A stretch of DNA of 64,000 bases from Vicugna vicugna (lineage: Eukaryota): contig MU057724.1 of assembly GCA_013265495.1 (NCBI GenBank), positions 1,193,102-1,257,101 on the forward strand, written 5' to 3'. Positions 12,741 through 26,911 of the stretch are shown here, one piece after another. The translations under genes were made by a program, and so were the position numbers. Below the pieces are notes generated by a model. The model was given only the letters and a program-made list of their open reading frames with translations. It made no database searches and had not been told where the DNA came from. The number at the start of each line of letters is the position of its first letter. Positions within the stretch are counted from its first letter, which is position 1.

Positions 12741-15700
12741 TAGCATTACTACCTTGATGCCATATTGGCTATATTTAGTGAACTCTAGCAAAACGACTGT
12801 TAACTATTGACTCATCCATTCGTTGAACAAAGTTTATGGAATGCCACCAGAAGCATGGCTACAAGTTTATCGTTTCGTTTCTCAGTTTTCCTAACCCTGA
12901 TTTATTTCCATATTTTTTCCTTCCATCATGTTCTTAATTTGTTTCAGTCCATCCAGAAGAATTAGGCAGTAGCTTTCATCTGTTTGTGGGCGTGTCTTAC
13001 TGTGCCTTCACTGTCTGTGCAAACTCTGTTCCTCGTCGCCTTTTCCTTATGGCCGCTCTGTGGGTGCTTTGTTCCTGGTCTGCACTTTTTACATGGTGGC
13101 TTTTTTTTTTCTTGAACTTTTAGGAGGGAGAGTACATAAGGTTTGCTCTTCTAGCGTTGTGGCTTTAGAGATTCTGCTTCTATCATATGAATTTTCGAAA
13201 AAGATAAGTCTCATGCTTTCTGATCGGTCCTGGGTCTGCTGTTCCTCCCACATTTGCTGTATCTTCCCTTTTCTTTTCAATCTGGAATACATTCCTGGAG
13301 GCTTCTCTGCAGATCAGGGTTTCGTCCTGGAAGGGAACTTTGGCTGGACGATTTGGTGTGACAGGGTTTACTGTCCCAGCACCTGCAGACCCCCACTCAC
13401 CTGCTCATTTGAGGGGTAATCCTACTCAGCTGCACTGCTCAGATCGGCCTGCCGTGCTTTCATAGGGTTCCAGCACGAGCGAGTTCTCCTCCTGTTCTTT
13501 CACCCCCGTCAGCGGCTTCCTCCCCTCTGCTTCCTTCCACCGGGTATTAGCACTGGACCTGGGGCTGCTCTTGTGTTGGGGTGTTGGCGGATACCTGGTC
13601 TCCTTTGTGCTGTCATTGCTGTGGGTGTTACTCATTTATTAACATGACAGATACAGAGATTATATGTGTGTGTGTGTGTGATTGCATCTGTGTCAGCCAC
13701 TCAGTTTTTTTTTGGTGAGGGGGGTAATTTAAGGAGATCAAACACCTAGACTGGCACCACCTCCAACTTCCTTCTGCTGTAACATCCCAAGTTCCACACC
13801 CTAAGCTGGGTAGAGCACACCACTGTTGACTTCGTTTTTCTTTGCTGTCTCGTATGTTACACCTATTCATTTGTGCGTCTCAAATGCCTGGTGAAGTAAG
13901 AGATGCGGTCATTTTGTAACTGGTCGTAGACACTGATGCATTTGAACAACTGGCTGTTGAGGCTATAAAAGCTGTTTGGACTTTTTGTTGTTGTTCGGGC
14001 TAGTTTTCTGCCCTCACTTTCCTGGAGGACTTTTCCCAGAGCTACGGAATTGCAGAAGCAGTGATTTGTTTTCTAGAAGATGCTTCTCTTCACGAGCCAG
14101 TGTTTGTCTGCTTTAACTGGGAAGCAGCACTTTGATCTGCACATTAAAGATGACTTTGAGCCACTTTCACAAAGGGAAGCAAGTGTGTCTTCTTGAATTC
14201 TTGGCATTTATAGTCATCTGGAAAGAGCTAATAAAAATAGTTTTCTAAAGCTGTCTGATGGTGTTAATGGCCCTTTACTGAGTTTAATCAAGCTTAAAGT
14301 TCAGGAGATGAAGGAAACACATGCTTTTTGCTATTGTTCTGTATCTGAAAGGGCACTGAGGCTTAAATTTCTTTTGAAACCTGTCCATCACTCCCCGAGC
14401 CAACGATGATAGCATTTCCTGATGAGAAGCCAGCAGTGGAGTTACTCTCACCTCTCTCTCTCTTTTTTTAACTTCTAAATATGAAATAGAATATGTCACT
14501 TTCTCTTTTGAGGGAAAAATAAAGTATGATGATTTTAAGAAAAGCCAGTCTAGCAGTTTTGATTTTTTTTCCCCGTCTGATTGGATGCAAAGCTACTGCT
14601 GGGCAAACAGGTGTATTTGGCAGCGAGGCCTGCAGCACTGTGTTCGGACTTCAGGTTTGACATGCAGCTGTGTTCGTTCATTTAGGACAGGTTGTGTCTA
14701 TCTTTGGTGATAAGATTTAAAAATCTACGAAAGTGGAAGGTGATGCTTAAGGCTCAGCCACGCACACTGCATCTTAGTCGTGGGCCTCGCTGTGCAGCTG
14801 CTCCGAAGCTGGCGGACGTGAGCACCTGGGAGGTGAAGAGGTGGCGCCGGGCCAGCGGTGCCTACTGTAGCTCTTGTCACTTCTCTTCCAGGCAGTTTTA
14901 CATCCTGAGAAGAAAAACATTTTCTTACTTGGTGTGATAGTAAATGTTTTACATTTCAATGCCCTGCACATATAAATGCATTGTCTGTAGGCATCACTGG
15001 TCAGGAAATAAGAAATAACTGAATTGAGACAATCAGTGAAAAACAGAGATTTGTTGGTGCTTCTGTTGTATTGATATTAAAAGTGAAAACTCAGTCTACA
15101 TGTGTGAAAACAGACAACTGGCCGTTTTATCTAATGAGTGCTAGTTAAACCTGAGTCTGCATGTGTGCTTATCCAGGGCGTGTGTGCTGACCCCCCTCCC
15201 CGTCCCCGCACGTTAGACCCTGCGTGTGGCTCCTTCCACCTGGACAGGAGCTTGCTCGCTGCAGCGATGCTGCCGTCGCTCAAGGTGAGGTTCCGTCTTG
15301 TTTCGGACTTGTTGCTCCGTTTGTGCTCTGGTTTTATTAAATAAAGTAGTTTGTGGATTCCTTGAGGTGTCATGAAATTTCAGTTTCACAGGATGAAGAC
15401 CTTGCCCTGCCGAGGAGAGATGCAGAAACCACTCTCAAGGCAGCTCTAAGAGGAGATTTCAAGAGTCCTAAAGAATGGTGGTGGTTTTTGTCTTAAAAGT
15501 GTGAAAGTTTTGTTGAGTAATAAATCCGACGTTATCCTTGGGAGTTTCATCTATGATTTAAGAGAAATTGTGGAAACTTAAACCAACAAATACTTTTCAG
15601 TCTCCACCCACATTTTCTGTTCAAATTCCCCCTCATCCTGTTTTCAAAAATGTGGATGTTTAGTTATAATCTTAAAATAAGGCAGATAGGTGCTATACTT

Positions 15701-18649
15701 TAAATAAATCATTCTTTTTATTTACAAACATAAGGTAAATTAAGTAACCTAAAAATATTTTGGTACAAAATTTCTAAAACTGGTAGATAAACTATAATGA
15801 CACTTAAAGTGTAAAACAGAATTCAAAGCAAAGTCAGGTGAGTATCAGGGTAAAATTGAAAATCAGAGCTGTAAGCAGAAGCTGGCCCTTAAGCGCCTCA
15901 TGAAGGAAGAGGATATGAGAACAGGGGGCTCTTGCACTTGGTAGCCAAGGGTTTGAGTTAAAAGTACTATAATTACGGAAAATGTTAAGCATATATAGAT
16001 ATACAAGAAATAGAATTATAAACAACCACATACCCATCACCAAACAAAATGTGTTTCACTTTTGCCTCTTCTCAATTCTCAACGCTTCTCTCCAGGTTAT
16101 TCTGAAAGAAAAAACCAAACATACAATTTCACCTGTGAAGCGTTTTAACAGGCATATATAAAACGGGCCTTCTAAACAAGCATAATCAAATACGGTTATC
16201 TCACTGAAAAATATACAGAATCTAGTCAGGGTTCGAAGTTGAGGTGTTAAATTTAACTGTCAGGTGCAGTCAGGAGACTAGGGCGTCTTCAAGGTGCTTC
16301 CGTGAAGGAGACTAGAAACTTCCAAAAAACGAGGAGAGACGTTGAGGGAGCCTGTCGATTGCACCCGGTCTCCGGGTGAAAATATAGTCTTCTTTGAACA
16401 TTTGTAACTATGCACCTGCCATTAGCTGGATTTGGGATTCAAATTTTCAAATTCTGTATGATCTGGAAACATGTAGTAAAAGATGAGAACACTGAAGTCG
16501 GCTGCAAACTGAAAATGCTGCCGGAAAGAGACATCCTTGCCTCGGGACACACAAGACTCCTGCAGACAAGACCACGCGAACAGGAGTCTGCCGTCCAGGC
16601 TCCAAAGCCCACAAGGAGGCGTCCAAGACAGTGCAGGTCGGGAAACAAAGCAAGCAAACACGTGACCCCGAGGTTTCCCGTAATAAGGGCTTCGTCATAG
16701 GGATGCTGAGTCTCAAGTCAGTGTATTTTAAATGGTCAGTTAAATGAGTGATTAAAATACAACAGTTTACTGTCAAACAATATACCAGACAGATCGGCAA
16801 AAGGAAGAACCAGACATTCTAAAAATGCAAAATACAGCCATTGAAATTAAAACCTCGATGTATTTGTTAAATAACATAAAACACAGCTGTTAAAACATGA
16901 GGTAGTTAGAAAACTGGACTACGGAGCTGAATGAATTACACTCTGATTTAAAGGACAGAAAAACAGAAGCGGTAAGAGACGTCAGTGGGGGAAGACACCC
17001 AGTGACTCACTCTGCCCTGCATCCGTGATCTGCCTGCATTTCAAAAGCACTTCTTCCCTTTCTTCATCATAAAATGAAAAATGAAATTTACTATGTAACC
17101 GTGTATTATTTTTTATTTCCTCTCCTTAATTTGTACTCTGGTTTCCTTAATATATGATCTTCTTTCTTTATTCCTTTCCACTATGTATTTTCATTATTTT
17201 ACCAACCTTTTTCTATTATTGCCTTTCGAATTTAAATATACCATTTCAGTACTTTTGTGCACTTGTGTGCATGCGTGTGTGTCTGTTGGGTTGCAATCTC
17301 TTGATTAATGGGGTTAAATATTGAACAAAAAATTTAGGAATGTCCTGAATATCACTGTATAAATAGCTAATCATAGACTAATAAAAGTAAGAAAGACATT
17401 TAGACCAAATGATTCTGAATAAGGTTCGAATTCAGACCCACGTAGATTCAGTCTCCCATTGTACCATTGGGTATGGATCACCCCTCCCAGCTGCCGAGGC
17501 ACTCATGCTGCCGGGATTACACACTTGCTTTAGTGCACACTGAAGTCTGAGCTGCCTTAAGGTGCAGAAATGATGGTCTCGATTTTCAAAACTGAGACTG
17601 CTCTCTGAACTGAAATGGCACATCCCAACGTGCGTGTGTGTCAGTATGGGCGCCAGCAGCTGCTTGGGCAGGTTGCCACGGTTGGAGCCTGTCTCGTTAG
17701 AACACGATGGAGAGGCCGTTGGAGAAAGCTTCCTTCTACTGTCCACCAGGACGTGCAGATGCAGCAAAGTCTATTCCTGGGCTGCAGTGTAGTTTCAGGA
17801 ATTTCGTCGAAAGGTTTCTCAATCGATATCTGCCCTTAGCAGACAGGCTCGATTACATACTGCTTTTGATTATGGGAAAACTCGTTTACTTTATAGCTCT
17901 GTCTTAAATAAATAACATTTTCAAGATAAACAGTAAAAGATACATGAAAATTTAAAACCGGCCTTTTAACTTCATTTGCAGGTTCCTGTTTTGAGTCTAT
18001 ACATTCACTGTCAGCTGCTATGTATGAAGTTCTCATTAACTGGAAATGCTCTGTCTGTTGGTCACTTGCTTTCTCCTGGAATGGAAATGCAGGACAGCAG
18101 TGGCTACACAGGACAAGAAAATAAAACTGTTAAATTCAACATTCTGAATTTACTTTATGTTGTCAAAATTATGTAGGCGTGCTTAGAAGAAACTGATGTT
18201 TGAAAAACGCATCTTTAGTTTACAGCTTCTTCATAAACCCTTTTTATCGTGGGAAACTTACATAAACACATAAAGAATAGTGTAATCACTATGCTGTCTT
18301 CTTTCGTTTCTCCTCAACATCATTTTTTCAGAAATATTCAAAAGTAAATTTGGGTTCCCTCTCATTGCCACGATGCCTACCTAAGATACGAGGACTGTTT
18401 CTACATAACTAGCTTCTCATGATCATAATTTTGAAGCTACTGGTAACCTGTATCAGTATTTAACAGGCAGTTTCCAGATTTTTGTTTGTGCTCCCGAGGT
18501 TTGGGATGCTATTTGCCCCAGATTGTCCTGACCGCTAGGATTCGTCTATGAACAGAGTTATTATTCTCGAGGAAAACACTCACTTTGAATTTAACTAGTG
18601 TTTTTATCTATTTTTTCAGTTTATGCTTGCATCTTTATTCCCTTAGTAT

Positions 18650-19765
18650 GAACATCTTGGTGCTTTTTTCCTCTGGCTCGTGGAGAATTTTCGCCATCGT
18701 CGCCTGTTTTGACCGGTTCGGTAGTGGTGTGCTCGGTACAGTCTTCCGCACGCCTCTCATGCAGGCTTTGCCGAGCACCGGGGGTCTGTGTTCCAGCCGT
18801 TGTCCCGCAGATGTAGTTCTATTCCCTCTTCTAATCTAGACATTCTGACTACGGGGATAGTTTGCCGCTTGTGGTGATCTGTTTATTTTTTAATGTTTAT
18901 TCTTCCTGTATTTCGTAAGCCTTCAAATTCAGTATTTTATTTTTCTTTGTAATGTCTAAGTTGCTGGCAGTACCGTTCAGTGGGTTTCTTCTTTAATCTC
19001 AGGCGCTGTGATTTTCATGTCTGGAAGTTGGACTGGGGACTTTTCTGTGTCTTCTGTGTCTCCACCGAACACTTTGAACGTGTGGGATCTAGTTGCAGTT
19101 ATTGTCCTGAGGGCCTCGTCTGCTGACTCTCACGTCGGTGTTGGCTCTGAGTCCGTTTTGCTCGACGTTCGTCGCCTTATGCTGGGTTGAGCTGCCCTGC
19201 TCCTTGGCACGCCTGGTAACTTTTTATGGGATGTCAAATGTGAATTTTACCGTGTGCTGGACATTTTTTATATTCCTACAAATAGTATTAAGCTCTGTTC
19301 TGGGATGTAGTTATTTAGAAAGAGTTTGATCCTTTTGCATTTTGTGTTAAGACTTCTTAGGCTGGACCAGAGCTCTTGTGTTGGCTTGGGGTTACTTATA
19401 CCTCCTTATTGACCATGGAACTTCCAAGTAATTTGCCCAGTGCTCCGTGTACCCTGGGTGGGAGAAAGGCACCCCTCCTGGTCCGCGTGAGGACGGGCAC
19501 TATGACATCTGAGGTTTGCAGGTGTTTCTTTCCCTGGCCTTGAGTAACTTCCTCCCTTACGCATGCCCTCCTCGGACACACGCTCCAGGCAGTCAGCAGG
19601 GGAAACCACAGGCCTCACCTCAATTTTCCTCATTTCTGTGGTTCACTGACTTTATTGCCTGATGTCCAATGTTTTCAATCCCTGTGCTTCATATATTTGG
19701 TTTTTATTGTTTTATGCAGGAGTGTAAATCCTATCTCTGTTACTCTTGGCCTGTAGCCTAAGTCA
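18650..19765 (-). mobile_element. Old L1ME-type 5' end / ORF1 remnant
   Basis: GCCTGATGTCCAATGTTTTCAA...TTCATATATTT...GCAGGAGTGTAAATCC...CTGTTACTC resembles the L1ME 5' terminus in antisense. Confidence 0.65.
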
Positions 19766-21619
19766 TGGTTAGTCTGAAAACCCAGTTTTTGTCTTGTATT
19801 ATAGTTAATTCAATGATACTACATCTCCAACGTAAATCTGTCGTATTTGTCACACAAAAGCATAATTTAAGGTAGTGTAATTGTTACGTAAAAGAGCGTT
19901 AATACGAGGATCAGTGGGCAATAAAATCTGTGTAACTTGATCACCTTTGATTTTGGAGAATAACATAAAGGAAAGAGTTAAGAATGGATATCATGCTGGG
20001 AGTGTCAGAAGGAGACTATTTCAGCGGAAGACGCTGAGAGCCATATCTGACGTGTCTCATAGCAAGAGACAAAGCCGTCTTCCATCTGAAGAAAACACAT
20101 TCAGGGTTGTGAATGGAGAACCTGAGTCTCAGGAAAGAACCTGGTACATCTTGCTTTCCTGAAAGTGCCTCATAATTTCTAAAAATCATGATTTTTTTTA
20201 TGCTGTTCCATCAATCTGGAATGATCTGTGTCACCTGTCCCCATATTTCACATCAAAATCTAGACATGATTTTAGGACAATGTCATATGTCACTTGTTTT
20301 ATAGAGACTTCTGTAATCTGTCTAATTAAAAAAGATCGCTTCTGACTGCATTTGGCTCTGCCTCTCCTGCAGACTTTCAATTTACCTCGTGTTGTAGGTA
20401 CCGGGGAACCTCGCTGTCTACTGGATGGTCAGCGGCTGGAGAGACAGACTGCAGTGCATGTTTTTTGTCCCTTATGTAGTGGTTTTAATTGCAGCACTTT
20501 GATAAATTGACCAATTTGAATTCATTGATCGTGCAGTGTTTATTAAGTGATTCATTAATAAAAATTTAATGATTAAGGTTATGAATGGCTTTCCTCATTT
20601 TAGAAAGGAATTAAAATATTCAAATTTCTGTATTATAATGCTTTTTCATGTACATTATTTTTGATTTCTAAAATGTGAGATCAAGGCTTGGGGCTGCATT
20701 GACCATTAAGGGGTTACTGACGTGCGTGAAAAAAAGTATCGTGGCTTTTCAGGAGCTAATAGGAGATAAATCATAAGTTGAAATGAATAATTATAGTTTT
20801 ACTTACTTCATAAATACCTTAATATTCAAACTCTGTATGCATTGTATTGACATTCCCTACAAATTAGGTGGTAAATCGTAAGGCAAAAAAAGTAACAATT
20901 TATTTTACTGTGTGATGCTGTTTAGCAAATTGTTTAAGGGCAATAAAATAGCACGTAAGAATAATAAACCAATATTGTATGCACTGAGCACAGTGCCTCA
21001 GACAGTCATTGAGTGCTGGATGGAAAATCAGAAAATGTCGATTGCTTTAGAAAACAAAGCAGAAAATCTGTCATTTTGAACTAAAGTGTGGAATAGATGA
21101 AATTGTGATAATGCAGTCATTACAAGAATTTTCTCTAAGACACTCACAGTGAAAATCAGTATCCTGAACAGCTAACTTTCATTCAAAACCACCAAAAGAA
21201 AGAAAGAACAAAACACCAAAGATTAAAGTATCATCAAAGTTCTGCCCTCTTTTCTTCCCACCATGAACACCTACTTTGCAATTAAGCTCAGCAGCTCACA
21301 GGTGGATGCTGGGGGTACCCAGATGACAAGCACAGCTCTACCTCTTGAATTTTAACGGAATAAATACTACCTGAAACATTCAGAAAAGAGAAAATTGAAT
21401 ATGAGAAGACATCATTCAAAGGGAACAATATTACTCAAATGTTTTCCATAATTTTTGATTTAAATCACAATTAATTTGATTTTCAAAAACCACATTTTAC
21501 AACGCCTTTTCCCTCAGATTTCAGGTGTCGTGGTTTACCTTACCTTATCTCATTATTGTCTTAATTGATTTTATTAAATCTTCTTCCCAAATATATTTTC
21601 ACATGATCAATTTAAACAC

Positions 21620-21790
21620 GTATCATGGTCCAGTAGAAAAGTGCTTAAGTCTACATTCTGGTTCTATAATTACCACCTAATAAAGGTACCTTTAAGCATA
21701 CTTTGAATATGCTCTGAACCTCACCCTCTCATCTCGGAGATGGTGGAGTTAAGTCAGGTGATCTTTAAAAAGATCCATTAAGGTAGAGCT
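21620..21790 (+). mobile_element. MIR3/MIRc remnant
   Basis: CTCTGAACCTCACCCTCTCATCT...AGGTGATCTTTAA. Confidence 0.5.
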
Positions 21791-24079
21791 TCAACATAAT
21801 TTATTTAAAATAATATATTATTGGAAACAAATTTTCATCTGTAACATGTCACTGATCTGTAAGTAGCGTGTACCAAGCCTGCACATGCTCTCCTAGCTTA
21901 TAGAATCTGGCAAACATGGTAGAGTCCACCGTGACTCCAGGATGTGTTTATTAAGAACAGAAAATGTTAAGTCTAGACGTTGAAAGTAGTGCATAGCCCG
22001 CATCTTCTGTAATGACTCACCATGTGACCACGGTCATGTATATTTAATTAATTTTGGACCCATTTGCATGTTTCTTACATTGAAAAGTAAAGCATGATCA
22101 TCAGAAAGGAATCAGTGCCTTCACTCATGTTAGTATTTAAAAAATAACAAAATGTAATTAAGAGTAGTTTGATATTGAAATTTACTTCTTTATGTCACAC
22201 AAAAGTTGGTCACTAACTTGTGGAGCAAATCTATATTAAAAATGTGCCTTTCCTGTCTGTGTCCTCACAGCATCCCTTGCCTACTTAGAGCCTGAGCTGT
22301 AGTTGCTGCAGGCGCTTGTCCTCCTCCCTGGACTTGAGGGCAGGGCTGCTCCTTTCCATGTTTGTCTGTCCTCGGAACTGTTCTTATCCCGCACTGTGCA
22401 GTCCACAAGCATGTGTAAAAGAGTGCTCCAGGGTGATTACGTAACTCTGCCACGGTGGGACCCGCCGGATACAGCGCTAAACTGTAACAGAGCATCAGCC
22501 TGCCTTTGCGCACACACACTGACACACTCCTTGCTGTCCAGATCGCTGTTACCTCCCTGCAGCTCCGTCTGTTAAATGTTCCCCCTCGTTTTCCCTAGAC
22601 AAGGGAAGGTAATGTGTGGTTCATCACCCCCCATCACTTCTGAGCATGGAGCTAGTCTCTCAATCACCCGTTATACAAACGGGCTGCCTGGCTCTGGGAT
22701 AACACTTGTCGTTGGGGACTGTGAGCTCTGCGTCCAGTACTGCTGAGTAGATTTCCTTAAGTAGATGCAAGAAACCGCCAGCCTCTCCTGTCAGTCCCTA
22801 AACTATGTTACCTGCGATCATTCAGACTCACAGAAGCCGTGCGGATCAGCTTTAAAATCCCGAAATGCGTGCTCTGTGTAGGCGTGTGGGCCACAGCAGT
22901 GTAGTACGTGAAAATGATACATGCACATCCATGCAATGTCAGCCTCACAATTTAACGCACCTCTTTTTTAAAGAACTTTTCAAAATGTTACTACATATAT
23001 TTTCCATTCTAATTCGAACACTCCACTTTTGTTTATCAACTGAATATTCTTATAAATAGGAATGCACGTTTTATACCGTTTGGCTATCTAGTGTTACAGT
23101 TTGTATAGGAAAGGCAAGACAGATAAATGCTTGATTTTTTTTTTCATCTATTTAACAGTTTTCAAAACATGATTTGATGTTCTTAGTAGAAGTTTGTGCT
23201 TATTTCCATTAAAATCTATACAAAAAAATTGTCACATTGGCTTTATTTGCGACAGCCAAGAAGTAGAAACAAGCCAAATGCGTATATGGACTTGCATGTC
23301 TGACTAAGATAAGAATCCATTCATAGTGATCATTTATCCGTCTGACTTAAGGAATTAAATTTTACTTTAAGATCATATACACAGCTAGAATTTCAAAATA
23401 CTCTTTTTGTAGTTTTAAAGCTGAAATGTTAAAAACATTAATCAAATAATACATATGTTTTCCAACATTAAATTAAATCCTTATCATCAATAGTCACTTT
23501 ATTGAAATACCATTTAAGCAAAATCACAAATTGGAAAGGTATAGCTTAAGAAACAAGTTTTGGATGTGCCGTATTATAAACCTGTCACATAAGAATTCAT
23601 GTAGCTGATAGAAAAAGGTCTTCATCAATTCCTTCAAAACTGGTGAAAGAGTACATTTATTTGTTTCAACATATTTATATTTTGTGTATTAGTGTGTATA
23701 TTATTACATTATATATTAAATATGGTTTATATATTTAGTATATTAATATGAATATATTCTATAGCTCTGGGGTGCTTTCACAATAGATAATGAAGAATTT
23801 GAATTTACCAGATGCACAAAATATTTGATCCTTTTCCCCCAGTCTCTTCTGGAACTGGAAAGGTTTGGTGAGCAAACTAGGCAGGAATTCTGAACGCAGC
23901 AGGCAGTGTAAGCTAGATTCCTTTTGAAGAGCTTCATGCACGTGACCTTCAACTGTTCAGTCCTTCAGCTGTTTTGACAGGAAGGTATTACCTTCCCCTT
24001 TTTGCACAGAAGACCAGGGCTTTGAGAAATTAATACCTTTCTCGCGGCCATCCATCTGTGGTCATCATTTTTTAAAGGT

Positions 24080-25130
24080 AGCCGTGTGACCCGGGAGAGC
24101 CCCGTGGAGCTGCTGCCACGTCTTGGGGCAAAGCGCAGGCGACTGGGGGTCCGGTTCTGACCGAGAGACTCAAGAGTGGGATCTGATAAAGTCACACTGA
24201 CTTGAGTCAGGGGGCACTTGATTAGTGGGAGAAACAGCCCTGAGTGGAAGAGAGCTCGGCATTTTTAGAAACTGAAGGAGGCCAGCGCGGCTGGACCAAG
24301 CAAACAGGGAGGGAGAGGCCGCCGTCGGAGTCAGATGAGCCAGGTCCTCGGGAAGACTGCGTTTTCTTGTAGGTGTCCAGGGAAGCCGTGGCGGGCGGGG
24401 ACCCCCTGGCTGCTGGCTGGCGGCACAAGCGGGGAGGCGGGGCTGGAGGGCCCGGGCCCGGCTGACGGAGAAGGGAGGGGACCCGTGGTCCCAGGCTGAG
24501 CGGCGCGGTCGGTGACGGGTTCCACCTGGGGGGCAAGAAAGGCGGTTCCCAGTGTCCCCATTTCCGAGCGGGGGGGGGACCGTCGAACCGGGCGGACCGA
24601 GGTGCCTAAGTCCAAGTGGACGAAGCGGCGGAAGGAGGCTTCAGTTAAAACAGCTTCGAGTTCGGATTGTCCGACAGCTGGGATACGTCTGAAGTCAAGA
24701 AGGCGGGCACAGATGGGAAAAACGAGAGCGAAAGGCGCAGGAACGAATGGAGCCCCGGACGCGGCCGAGGAGCCCCGAGCTGCCTGCTGATGCGCGCGGA
24801 GCCAGACTCGGCGCCTGGCTCTCCGAGTGCGCGGACGTTCTCGCCGCTGCGCGCGGCGCGCGGCGCGCGGTGCGGGGGGCCCGGGACCCTGGCTCCGTCC
24901 CCGCGCTGCCTGACGTCACCACGCTGGGCGCCCCGGACCTGTTAGCGCCTGCCTGCTGCTCCCAGTTCTTCGTCAAGCCCGACAGGGGCTGGCTCTTATT
25001 TCCACTCCACAGAAGGGAAGACTGACGTTTGGAGAGCCATTCTGCAGCCTTTCTCCACCGGCCCCCCTGCAAGGCTCCAGGGCCCCCGCCAGCCGAGGGG
25101 GAGCGGACCCCGTGGGAGGAAGTGGCCCCC
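24080..25130. promoter_or_regulatory. CpG island, probable SNTG1 promoter
   Basis: Very GC- and CpG-dense (e.g. GCGCGCGGCGCGCGGCGCGCGG) with GGGCGG/GGCGGG boxes, a full CRE TGACGTCA at 24911-24918 and AP-1 TGAGTCA at 24203-24209. It is the most upstream and most promoter-like island before the SNTG1 coding exons. Assignment to SNTG1 is inference. Confidence 0.65.
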
Positions 25131-25629
25131 AAGTCTTGGGGGGGGAGGGGACTATGTATCCTTTTCAATATTAAGTTAATAGTAAAATAATTTTTATTGA
25201 GGGACAGTCAGGCTTGTTTGGAAATGAAACATTACAATATGTAGAACCGTGTGTAACATGTCTAACGCGTTGCATGATTAAAATATTTACCCATGGAAGA
25301 CCTCCAATGATTTCATGTGTTTGTAATAAACTTGCAGCATGTGACGTGGAATCAAAGGCCTTCCCTACTTTGTCTTCGTGACTGAGAACAGACCTCTGCA
25401 AGAGTTTCCCCGCTGTTTGCACTTGTCTTGCTCACTGCTCCATCAACTGCAAGTAGCTGAGAAATAAATGTGTAAGGGATGTTGCTTTTGTCTCTGCAGC
25501 GTCTCTGAAATGCAGAGCACTTCCTGCTTCAAGAAGGTGCTCAAGTTTGTTGAATGAGTTCGATTGTAGTGTCGACAGAGTTCAATTTAGTGCAGAAATC
25601 ACTTCACTTGTTCACAAAAGAATGAGAGT

Positions 25630-25969
25630 TTACTCTTGAACTGAGACTAGATTCCCCTCGTTCAAACCTGCAAAGAGGTGGAAGTTATTTGAGTTTTTAT
25701 TGCTGCAGTTGTTTGCTGTTGCCTTTTGTTTGCTTCTGGCTGAATAACAGTCTAGCCAGCTCAGGGCAGAGCAGCCTAAATGGAGGGGGCCAGTTCCCGG
25801 CTTCCTCGGGGAGACGGTCTCCCTCTCTCTCGCTCTCCTGGTAACTGTAGAAATACACAACTGGCACACTGAGAAGTGATCAATACCGTAAAAGTAGGCA
25901 GTTCTTGTGAGCTCAGACAAGGGGCAAATAAGAAGCAGAGGAACAATCTCTAATATTTTTTCCTGTTCC
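25630..25969 (+). other. SNTG1: Candidate non-coding first exon of SNTG1 (start approximate)
   Basis: Repeat-free block between two L2 remnants, ending in consensus donor CC|GTAAGT at 25970, with a second CC|GTAAGC at 25997. It lies about 0.9 kb downstream of the CpG island. No transcript evidence is available. Confidence 0.5.
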
Positions 25970-26099
25970 GTAAGTGGGACTTTTTCTTTCCCACCCGTAA
26001 GCCAGGCTTGAAGCGTAATGGACACTTGCTATGTTCCTTTCTATGCAAAATGTTGGGCCACTCTGACATACTATTAACTCAACAGACATTTTTTACTTC

Positions 26100-26300
26100 C
26101 TTATTTATTCATCATAATTCCATCAGGTAGGTGTTTCAACAAACATTTATCTTAATGTGTTCAACAAGCATTTACTGGAGTGTCTACCACTTGATACTCC
26201 TTTGAACACTGGATGCCGGTAGCTTCAGAAAATGAACGAGATGAAGACTGACCCGGGAAGCAGGCTGAGGAGAAACTCTGACTGGAGGAACGGAAGGAAG
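26100..26300 (-). mobile_element. L2 3' end
   Basis: TTCAACAAACATTTAT and TTCAACAAGCATTTACTGGAGTGTCTAC are L2 tail motifs. Confidence 0.65.
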
Positions 26301-26897
26301 TGCACAATCGGAGAGCAACCTGGGCGTTTCGTTCTGTCGCCCAGATAGGTGGGATGCAGTGCATCACAGGACAATCTGTGTCAGTAGGGTTCGTTAGGCT
26401 CAGGCATGAGTGTGCCAGCTTGAAGGTGACAACTGTCATCTTTGCCTCGTAAAGGTGATTGATACTGAGAGTCTGAATAACCCTAGGTACACGGCGAGAT
26501 AATTGTCCTTGTAGAGTAATATTAGGCAAGTATAAATAAAGTTATCTTTTCATTATTCTCAGGTGAGCTAGAAAACAGTCAAATAACCGACCATTTTCCA
26601 AAAAGGAATTTTGGCACGACTGCCTATTTCTGTGTTCTCTCCCAGATACTGTGGTTTTCAGCCTCACTTCATACAAACCACCCTTAGAGTCTGGACCATA
26701 AAACGGCATAATCACTATTTGTACAGTAGCGATTTTGTCATTATGTGCAGAATGACAATAAATACGTAACTTGTTTTTGTTCCACAGAATAAATAAGCAG
26801 CTATAAAAGGCATTTTTTTCTTCTGCTCATTTTAGTTCTGCATCAAGTGGTCTAAAAGCTTCCAGAATAATAATGTGCACCCTTTTAACGTCACAGA

Positions 26898-26911
26898 CTG
26901 CCACCTACTGG
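26898..26911 (-). promoter_or_regulatory. CTCF core motif
   Basis: CTGCCACCTACTGG reads CCAGTAGGTGGCAG on the minus strand, an exact fit to the CCASYAGRKGGCRS core. Confidence 0.5.
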
